Below, in pieces: positions 9,140-15,843 of a stretch of 53,085 bases of DNA. How positions within the stretch are numbered: position 1 is the first letter of the stretch; every line of letters begins with the position of its first letter. Origin of the DNA: a virus (lineage: Duplodnaviria > Caudoviricetes). The notes beneath the pieces were generated by a model. That model had not been told where the DNA came from. It saw only the letters and a program-made list of their open reading frames with translations, and made no database searches. The stretch spans positions 1-53,085 of the IMG/VR virus record IMGVR_UViG_3300036790_000232, one strand, 5' to 3'. Made by a program: the position numbers and the translations under genes.

Positions 9140-9457
9140 ATGGGCGACTCGCACAGGATCGTGCACGGGCGCATGTACCAAGACGGGCCGTTCTACCCGC
9201 GCCAGTACGTCCCGCCGGGCTCTGAGCCGTCCATTGATGCCCGGTCACTCAGCGACCAAGAGGTGACGGCGCTCCGCGAGGCGTTCCTGCGCAAGGCGCA
9301 CGGGCAGCCCAAGCTGCTGACGCCGCTGCCGCGCCGCGTACGGGCACGCCTGGCCTACAGGCGCGCGGTTGACGAGGCCGCCATCTGGCTCATCGACCAC
9401 GGGCGGCTACGGGCCGCAGAGCGGCTCTGGCGCGCGTTCGGGATGTGGCCGCGGTGA
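9140..9457 (+). CDS. Hypothetical protein
   Basis: AAAGGAAGG upstream of ATG. Confidence 0.55.
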   Translation: MGDSHRIVHGRMYQDGPFYPRQYVPPGSEPSIDARSLSDQEVTALREAFLRKAHGQPKLLTPLPRRVRARLAYRRAVDEAAIWLIDHGRLRAAERLWRAFGMWPR

Positions 9458-9807
9458 GCGGCATCGATGACTACTTCGCTCGGATGATGCCCGACGCAAT
9501 GCAGTGGCTTGAGGACCAAGCGACGGCGGAACCATTCGCATTTGGCCGCCCGGTCGCGCCCGGCGATCCGGTCAGCCCGTTCTCTCAGGTCTCCCTGGAC
9601 GCCCGCAAGCTCAGTGCCTCCATCGTGGTGCCCGACGAGCTGCTCATGGACTACGGGCTCATCCCGGACACCCGGCCGAAGCCACCACCGCCGTCATGGC
9701 GCACGCGGCTCCGCCGGAAGCTCGGCGACTGGCGCGAGCGGGCAGCACGGCGGGCATTCAAGGCCATCGCCGGGTACTGGCCTGACAACGGAGAGGACGA
9801 CTGGTGA
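9454..9807 (+). CDS. Hypothetical protein
   Basis: GTGA overlap. Confidence 0.55.
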   Translation: MSGIDDYFARMMPDAMQWLEDQATAEPFAFGRPVAPGDPVSPFSQVSLDARKLSASIVVPDELLMDYGLIPDTRPKPPPPSWRTRLRRKLGDWRERAARRAFKAIAGYWPDNGEDDW

Positions 9808-10019
9808 GCGTGGACCTGGCCAAGGTCAAGCGCATACGCGGAACCCACCCGTACGCGTTCCGCAGCGGCAACTGGGCACGCCTGGTGACCACGGTCGAGA
9901 TCGACGGCCGCGCCAGCTACCTGGTCGAGTTCCCGGACGGAGCCACCGACTTCTGGGCCGTCGACGCCGCCGAGTACGGGTACGAGTTCAGTGAGGAAGG
10001 AGCACCTGATGGCACGTGA
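9804..10019 (+). CDS. Hypothetical protein
   Basis: GTGA overlap, GAGG RBS. Confidence 0.6.
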   Translation: MSVDLAKVKRIRGTHPYAFRSGNWARLVTTVEIDGRASYLVEFPDGATDFWAVDAAEYGYEFSEEGAPDGT

Positions 10020-10248
10020 GCCGCAGCGGCGCGACGAGCCCCGCCACCTCGACGCCGCGATCGTCCCGGTTGAGCGGGCACTACGAGCGCGGGCGCATGA
10101 ACTGTCGTCCGGCGCGATGCAGGCGTTCGCAATTCTCGGACCCGAGCGCGAGGACGGCACAGTCGACCCGGCGCGGATCGAGCCGAACCTCAAGCTGATG
10201 CTGGCCGCCGAGCTCCGTGCCCTCGCCGACGAGCTGGCGCACTGGTGA
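10009..10248 (+). CDS. Hypothetical protein
   Basis: AAGGAG RBS. Confidence 0.6.
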   Translation: MAREPQRRDEPRHLDAAIVPVERALRARAHELSSGAMQAFAILGPEREDGTVDPARIEPNLKLMLAAELRALADELAHW

Positions 10249-10396
10249 CCGCCGGCCAGCTCCGGGCCGCCGTGGAGGCCCACAGGCCGTCAGACGGCAG
10301 CCTGTCGTGGTACGTGGACGAGTTCGTCATCGACTGCGACGCCGGGGAGTTCTGGGCCGTGATCGCCCGCGCCCTGGCCGACGACCCGGAGCGCCG

Positions 10397-10645
10397 GTGA
10401 GCGGCAGGCCCGACCCGGACGACGACGCCGAGGTCATCCGCCGCGAACGCGAGTACTACACCGCCATGCTCCGCGAGATACCGGGTGAGCGCGCCAGGCT
10501 CGGCCAGCGCGAGCGCGACCTGGTGCGCTACGCGCGGCTGCTCGGCATCGGGTGGGACGACATCGCCGAGGCGATCGGCCATGAGGACAACATCACCGTG
10601 CAAGAGAAGTACGGCGAGCCTGAGCCCGGCGCAGAGCCGTTCTGA
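10397..10645 (+). CDS. Small HTH-like protein
   Basis: LVRYARLLGIGWDDIAEAIG motif common in actinobacterial HTH-like proteins. Confidence 0.6.
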   Translation: MSGRPDPDDDAEVIRREREYYTAMLREIPGERARLGQRERDLVRYARLLGIGWDDIAEAIGHEDNITVQEKYGEPEPGAEPF

Positions 10646-10657
10646 GGAGGCAGCCGG

Positions 10658-10930
10658 ATGCAGTGCAAGGACATCCCCGACGAGCGCGTCGTCGAACTGG
10701 CGCGGCGCTGGCAGGACTACGCGCGCAGCCACCCGATCGCCTGGCCCTCCTGGCAGCACCTGCACGACCAGGACCGGCCGCCCGGCGTCGTCCAGGCCCT
10801 GATGGACGAGTACGGCATCCCGTACAAGCTCGCCTACGTCAAGGTCGAGAGCCTGTGCGAGCGGAAGAACGGCAAGCCCGCGCTGCTCGAGTACGGCACG
10901 TCGCCCAACTACGCGTGGCCGGCCAGCTGA
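10658..10930 (+). CDS. Hypothetical phage protein
   Basis: GAGGAGG RBS; MQCKDIPD...LEYGTS...W. Confidence 0.65.
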   Translation: MQCKDIPDERVVELARRWQDYARSHPIAWPSWQHLHDQDRPPGVVQALMDEYGIPYKLAYVKVESLCERKNGKPALLEYGTSPNYAWPAS

Positions 10931-10931
10931 G

Positions 10932-11267
10932 ATGCCCTGGGAGAAGACGGCCGCCGACCGAAAAGCGGAGAACGCGTTCTATAACGACCCGGTCTATAAA
11001 CGCAACAAGGTCATCGTCCTGCGCCAGGCCGGCGGGCGCTGCAGCGACTGCGGCCACAGGCACCAGCGGCTCCAAGTCGACCACGGCATCCCGCGGGCAC
11101 AGGGCGGCGGCCACGAGCTGGCCAACCTGTCCGCCAAGTGCTCCGGCGACGGATCTTGCAAGTGCCACGAGAAGAAGACCGCGACCGAGGGCCGTGGCTA
11201 CCGCAACCCGGCCAGCCGCACCACTACAGCGCGTGACCCGAAGCCGAAGCCACGGACGAGATGGTGA
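10932..11267 (+). CDS. HNH endonuclease (packaging-associated type)
   Basis: CSDC...VDH.IP..QGG.H..ANL...C...CH..KT; sits next to the packaging region. Confidence 0.9.
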   Translation: MPWEKTAADRKAENAFYNDPVYKRNKVIVLRQAGGRCSDCGHRHQRLQVDHGIPRAQGGGHELANLSAKCSGDGSCKCHEKKTATEGRGYRNPASRTTTARDPKPKPRTRW

Positions 11268-11620
11268 CACGGTGAGCGACATGATCAAACATCGACGGAC
11301 CTCACTGCATAACTATACATACACGCACGTCACATACACGGAGGTGGATGTGGCGCGTCGTAACGCGGAAGTCCAGCGGGCTCCGGCGACAGAGCCCAGC
11401 CTGCCCCTAGATCCCCCTCCCCACCCCTAAAACTTCGCCAAAATGTCACTTTCCGTCACCATAGACAGTAATCAATGCATGACTATGCAGTGACATCCGT
11501 CAATGTCGACGATCGTGAATGTTGTATCGCGTGTTTGGATTGTCCGTCGTGAATGTGGACGTTAAGCGACTGAAATCGAGGGGAGGCCGTCCTTGCCGGG
11601 ACGGAATAGCTTCAATACGG

Positions 11621-11648
11621 CACGGCATATATACCGTGATGATATGGT
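11621..11648 (+). promoter_or_regulatory. Putative operator palindrome and -10 box of the RAMP cassette
   Basis: CACGG-CATATATA-CCGTG at 11621-11638; TATGGT (TANNNT) at 11643-11648, 6 nt before the first repeat unit. Confidence 0.45.
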
Positions 11649-11654
11649 GTCTAT

Positions 11655-11738
11655 TGCACGGCTGAGCGTGGCCGAGCATGGCGCGGTTTGGCAGGGCTAG
11701 GTGCGGCCCGGCAGCGCGAGGCAACGACCCCCGAAGGG
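11655..11738 (+). ncRNA. GGY-NN pentamer array 1 (putative guide RNA) with terminal hairpin
   Basis: 14 five-nt units from TGC-AC to GGC-AA, then CGACCCCCGAAGGG. Confidence 0.8.
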
Positions 11739-11745
11739 ATCCACC

Positions 11746-12330
11746 ATGGACTTTCGTGTAACTCTCACAGGCACGAGCGCGCTGATCATGAACAACGCGC
11801 GCATGGCCAACCCGCTCGACCCCGCGACCAAGGCGTACAAGGCGGTCAGCGGGAAGCGGAGCAAGACCGAGCAAGACCTTGAAGGCGTTTTCCGGCTCGG
11901 CCACGCAGGGGCGATGTACCACGACGGCGACGTTGGCCCGTACTTGCCGGCCGACAACATATGGAAATCGCTGCAGGAGGGGGCCAAGAAGCACCGTCTC
12001 GGGCAGAAGGTGACCGAGGGCGTGATCATCCTGACGGACGTCAACCCGATCGCCTACAAGGGGCCGCGTGACATCCCTGGCCTGTGGTCCGACGAGAACT
12101 TCCGGTTCATGTCGATGCGCGTGACCGGCACCGGCTCGCAGCGTAAGCGCGTCCCGTTCTGCCGGCCGGTGTTCCGTGAGTGGCACACCGACTGCACGGG
12201 GACGCTTGACGACTCGATCATTGACCTGGATGAGTTCCGGTTGATCGCCGAGACTGCAGGCTCACGGGTCGGCGTTTGCGACTGGCGCCCTCGCTACGGC
12301 CGGTTCTCGGCGGTCGTTGAGGCGGCCTGA
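11746..12330 (+). CDS. Stand-alone Cas7/RAMP-fold protein (Vipr-like)
   Basis: 194 aa; N-terminal strand FRVTLTGTSALIMN, GPYLPADNIWKSL helix motif, RPVF.EW, Gly-rich C-terminal loop AGSRVGVCDWRPRYGRF. Confidence 0.75.
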   Translation: MDFRVTLTGTSALIMNNARMANPLDPATKAYKAVSGKRSKTEQDLEGVFRLGHAGAMYHDGDVGPYLPADNIWKSLQEGAKKHRLGQKVTEGVIILTDVNPIAYKGPRDIPGLWSDENFRFMSMRVTGTGSQRKRVPFCRPVFREWHTDCTGTLDDSIIDLDEFRLIAETAGSRVGVCDWRPRYGRFSAVVEAA

Positions 12331-12869
12331 TGTCGCCGTTCACCCCGAAGGGTGACCGTGCACGCTGGCGGGCGGTCTACGATCTGCTGCGCGGTTCTGC
12401 CGTGGGGGACGTGATCACGTACGAGCAGATCGGCGAAGCGCTCGACCTGGACCCGGAGGACGACCGCCACCGTATCCAGATGGCGGTACGGCGGGCCGCG
12501 AAAGAGCACGAGGAACAGGACAGGCGCGCGATCGAGGTCGTGCCCAACAGCGGGTACCGCATCGTGGAGGCACCTGAGCACCTGCGGCTGGCGCGCAAGC
12601 AGCAGAAGAAGTCATCGCGGGCGCTGGTGCGCGGGCACTCGAAGGTGACCCACGTGGACCTGTCCGGCATGGACCCGGACACGCGGCACGCCTTCGAGGT
12701 GGTAGCGCGGGCGTTCACGATGCAGATGGAATTCAACAAGCGGTTCGACGTCCGGCAGGAACGTATCGAGAACGCGGTCAGCGAGATGACCGAGCGGACC
12801 GAGCGGACCGAGCAGGAGATAGCCGACCTGAAGGCCAGGCTTGCCCGGCTGGAAGGCGAGCAGACCTAG
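12330..12869 (+). CDS. Winged-helix plus coiled-coil accessory protein
   Basis: GDVITYEQIGEAL...V...GYRIV wHTH pattern; C-terminal heptads; TGATG coupling to the RAMP gene. Confidence 0.75.
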   Translation: MSPFTPKGDRARWRAVYDLLRGSAVGDVITYEQIGEALDLDPEDDRHRIQMAVRRAAKEHEEQDRRAIEVVPNSGYRIVEAPEHLRLARKQQKKSSRALVRGHSKVTHVDLSGMDPDTRHAFEVVARAFTMQMEFNKRFDVRQERIENAVSEMTERTERTEQEIADLKARLARLEGEQT

Positions 12870-12952
12870 CAGGGCACGGCACGGCAGGGCTGGGCTTAGC
12901 CCGGCTTGGCGCGGCAGCGCGTGGCTAGGCAAGGCAACGGCCTCCGTAGAGG
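12868..12952 (+). ncRNA. GGY-NN pentamer array 2 with terminal hairpin
   Basis: 14 units from AGC-AG to GGC-AA, then CGG-CCTC-CGTA-GAGG. Confidence 0.8.
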
Positions 12953-12957
12953 TGGCA

Positions 12958-12997
12958 GGGTGACCGGCAGTCATCCCGGTTCGAGACCGGGGCACCC
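12958..12997 (+). ncRNA. tRNA-like minihelix (acceptor-like stem plus T-arm) between arrays 2 and 3
   Basis: GGGTG...CCCGG-TTCGAGA-CCGGG-G-CACCC. Confidence 0.65.
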
Positions 12998-12998
12998 G

Positions 12999-13083
12999 CG
13001 CAAGGCTGGGCATGGCTGGGCCGGCCCCGGCTGGGCGCGGCCTGGCGCGGCATGGCGTGGCACGGCAACGACCCCCGAAGGGG
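12999..13083 (+). ncRNA. GGY-NN pentamer array 3 with terminal hairpin
   Basis: 14 units from CGC-AA to GGC-AA, then CGACCCCCGAAGGGG. Confidence 0.8.
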
Positions 13084-13088
13084 AGAGC

Positions 13089-13331
13089 ATGACAACGACC
13101 ACCGTCACCACCGTCCGCTGTGACCAGTGCGGCAAGACCGTGCCGAAGGAACAGCGTGACGGGTGGCTGTTCCTGAACGTCATGAGCAAGGAAGCCCACA
13201 GGAGCAGGGTCGACTTGACCATCGCTGGACTTCGCTGGCCGGCCGCGCTCTCGTCTGACCTGTGCTCATGGGAGTGCGTCCGCGACTACGCGGCCCTCCA
13301 GTTGCTTGACCCGACACCTGAGCAGCCGTAA
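13089..13331 (+). CDS. Small Cys-containing (zinc-finger-like) protein
   Basis: CDQC...CSWEC; GAAGGGGAG RBS inside the array 3 hairpin. Confidence 0.65.
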   Translation: MTTTTVTTVRCDQCGKTVPKEQRDGWLFLNVMSKEAHRSRVDLTIAGLRWPAALSSDLCSWECVRDYAALQLLDPTPEQP

Positions 13332-14954
13332 CGCGACGATCATCCGTATCCGTGCCCGCTTCACCGCGGGGATCGTGAGCGCGAGCTTGACCGCGCCCGC
13401 CGCTGCGTAGGCGGCGTCCACGTGGCCCTCGTGCTTGCGGGTGAACCGCCAGCCGTCGCCGCTGCTGAGCTTGCTGGCGGCGCGGACGTGAGCGTCTAGC
13501 AGCGGGTCCGCGGGGTGCACGACGCGCAGCGCGCGGGCCAGGTCGGCCAGTTCCTGGCATGCCTCGGTGACCCTGGCGCCCGTGATGGCGCCGTCCTCGG
13601 GCACGTCGCCGGGCTCCCGCTTGCCGCCAGGCCGCCTGTTGTACCGCAGGGCGAGCGGCCGCAGGGTGGTGGCGATGCCCGCGGCGGGCCCGGACGGGTA
13701 CCAGCCGAACGCCGCGGGCTTGATCTCGGCGAGCAGCGCGGGCAGTTCGGCGCGCACGGCGTCGGTGCTGTCCCATGCGGCGGCGATCTCGACGCGCGGC
13801 CTGCCGTCGGCGAGGGTGGCGGAGACGGCGAGGGTGGCGTGCTTCCCGTCCGGCGCGACGTCGAGGCACGCGGCGATGCGCCCGCGGTGGGCGTCCATGG
13901 TGCCGGCGGGGTCGGCGCAGTTGTCCCATGAGGCGTGGTCGATGGCGGCGTCGAGGTTGGCGACACGCTGGCAGAGCACTTCCGTCCTGAATATCTCGGG
14001 CGGGTCCTCGCCGAGCGATGACCGGACCGCGGCTTCGCCGATGCCGTCGGCGTAGCCGAGGGCGGGGTTGGCCTGCGCCCAGGCTTCCTCGTCGTCCAGC
14101 TCGCAGCCGTCGGGGGCGCTGTACTCGATGAGGCAGAGCGCGGGGTTGGTGCCGGCCCGCCCGGCGGCCTGGAGCTGGTTGAGGACGACAGAGGTGTCGT
14201 CGCCGGCGTTGGACATCGCCCAGAGCTGGCCGTTGCGGCGGGCCATGGTGGTCTTGGACAGTGACCCCCAGGCCTTCCAGTCCTTCTGGGTGCGCAGCTC
14301 GTCGATGTTGACTTCGTCGTTGCTGCCGCCGCGGCCGGCCTTGTCGTTGGTGGCCTTGATGGCGTAGCACCCGGTTCCTGCCCAGAACATCTCGTCGCCG
14401 TTGACGTTCCGGACGTCAATCCACTCTTCTTGCAGGTCGGGGCAGGCGTGGATGGTTTCCTGGCACATCTGCCACTGCTTGCGGGCGAGGGAGAGATCCT
14501 GGGCGGCGCCGACGATGTCACGGGCGCCGTCCATGTACATGCGCCAGAGGGTGACGATCCGCTTGAGGTGGCTCTTGCCGTTCTGGCGGGCGACGATGAT
14601 CAGGACGGTGCGGAAGCGGTAGCTGCCGTCGGGGTTGAGCTCGAGCGCGTGGATGACGGCCCATCGCTGCCAGGGCAGGAGGGGCTGGCCGATCATCTCG
14701 GCGAAGTCGATGACCTCGTAGCCGCGGGTGGTCTTGCGGTTGAGCGGCCGCAGCGGCCTGGTCCACAGGCGCGGCTCGGTGCGCCCTAGGAGCTTGCGGC
14801 CGGGCCCGCGCCTGGCGGGGTCCTGCGGGCTGCCGGGCTTGTGGTCGGGGCAGCGCTTGCGGCCGGGGGCGGCGAGCTTGCGGCAGCCGGCGAAGCTGCA
14901 GCGCTTACGCGCTGCGCGCGTCGCGGAGCTTCGCGAGTCCGTTTGGCTTGGCAT
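13266..14954 (-). CDS. terL: Terminase large subunit
   Basis: LLPWQRW, Walker A VARQNGKS, Walker B VNIDELR, SNAG coupling motif, QANPALG, C-terminal VDAAYA nuclease motif. Confidence 0.95.
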   Translation of the reverse strand: MPSQTDSRSSATRAARKRCSFAGCRKLAAPGRKRCPDHKPGSPQDPARRGPGRKLLGRTEPRLWTRPLRPLNRKTTRGYEVIDFAEMIGQPLLPWQRWAVIHALELNPDGSYRFRTVLIIVARQNGKSHLKRIVTLWRMYMDGARDIVGAAQDLSLARKQWQMCQETIHACPDLQEEWIDVRNVNGDEMFWAGTGCYAIKATNDKAGRGGSNDEVNIDELRTQKDWKAWGSLSKTTMARRNGQLWAMSNAGDDTSVVLNQLQAAGRAGTNPALCLIEYSAPDGCELDDEEAWAQANPALGYADGIGEAAVRSSLGEDPPEIFRTEVLCQRVANLDAAIDHASWDNCADPAGTMDAHRGRIAACLDVAPDGKHATLAVSATLADGRPRVEIAAAWDSTDAVRAELPALLAEIKPAAFGWYPSGPAAGIATTLRPLALRYNRRPGGKREPGDVPEDGAITGARVTEACQELADLARALRVVHPADPLLDAHVRAASKLSSGDGWRFTRKHEGHVDAAYAAAGAVKLALTIPAVKRARIRMIVALRLLRCRVKQLEGRVVADALP

Positions 14955-15228
14955 CGGCAGGCTTGGTCTTCTTCATGGCGGCGCGCGCCGCGGGCGTCGC
15001 GCCGAGCTCGGCGAGGACCTTGAGCAGCTCGGGGCCTAGCCACCTGATGGCGGCGGCGTAGGCCTTGCCGGGCGGGGCCTCGTCGATGGTGCGGGCGTAC
15101 TGGAGTGCGAGCTTGGCGGCCGCGGCGTCCTGGCCGTCGGGGTCGAGCTTGAGGACGGCGACCGTCTGGCTGACGGCGGGCCAGAGCTGCTGGCTCACCT
15201 CTCGCAGCACCGTCATTGTCGGCTCCAT
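14905..15228 (-). CDS. terS: Terminase small subunit
   Basis: LA..YARTID...LGPELLKVLAELGATPAARA motif, directly upstream of terL. Confidence 0.85.
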   Translation of the reverse strand: MEPTMTVLREVSQQLWPAVSQTVAVLKLDPDGQDAAAAKLALQYARTIDEAPPGKAYAAAIRWLGPELLKVLAELGATPAARAAMKKTKPADAKPNGLAKLRDARSA

Positions 15229-15377
15229 ATAAAAACTCGCGCGTCACGTGCGTCTCTATTGTGGACTTCCTCCAATCGAATGTTAACCTGTGCGTGTCAC
15301 GAGAGCCGGGAGCGGTGAGATTGCCCCTGGCTCTTTCGTGACGCCCGCTCCCGGTTCTCCCTTGAGGGGAGGGCCGC

Positions 15378-15620
15378 ATGGCCGCAGTCACCGTGCCGTC
15401 GGGCCGCTCCCTCATCGGCAAGATCGCCGCGACCCTGTCGGCCCGCTCCCGTGCGCGCACCGGCCGCCCGAGCAAGGCGGCCGCTTTCCTCGCTGATCAC
15501 ACGGGGACGATCGTGGCGCTGGGCTTCGCGGACTCTGCGGCGTGGCACGCGGGCACGACGTGGGGCCTGGTCGCTACGGCCGCCTGCGTCCTGGTCGCCG
15601 AGTTCAAGGTCAGAGGCTGA
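15378..15620 (+). CDS. Small membrane protein preceding portal
   Basis: GGAGGG RBS; two hydrophobic segments. Confidence 0.65.
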   Translation: MAAVTVPSGRSLIGKIAATLSARSRARTGRPSKAAAFLADHTGTIVALGFADSAAWHAGTTWGLVATAACVLVAEFKVRG

Positions 15621-15621
15621 C

Positions 15622-15843
15622 GTGGACTTGCCAGAGATCACCGAGGTCAAGCGGCTGACGCTCCGCCCTGGCGACTCGGTCATCGTGCGCCTTGAGTACG
15701 ACCCGTCGATGGACGAGGTCGACGGGATCCAGGCGGGCGTACTGAGTGCCCTGGGCCGGCTGGACTACGTGCCGCCGGTGCTGGTGCTCGGTCCCCGCAT
15801 GGACATCGAGGTCATCGGGCCGCCTGACGCGGACACCACCTGA
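15622..15843 (+). CDS. Hypothetical protein
   Basis: GTG start; L.L.PGD.VIVR pattern; TGATG overlap with portal. Confidence 0.6.
   Translation: MDLPEITEVKRLTLRPGDSVIVRLEYDPSMDEVDGIQAGVLSALGRLDYVPPVLVLGPRMDIEVIGPPDADTT

Noticed and set aside
11655-13083. GGY-NN arrays as a CRISPR array or simple microsatellite
   Set aside because: There are no 23-47 bp repeats with spacers. The NN positions vary at nearly every unit while unit count and tail are fixed, unlike slippage repeats.
12612-13199. ORFs crossing the arrays (12612-13199 minus; N-terminal extensions from 11701 and 12906)
   Set aside because: Low-complexity shadow translations of the pentamer repeats; RBS-supported starts are at 11746 and 13089.
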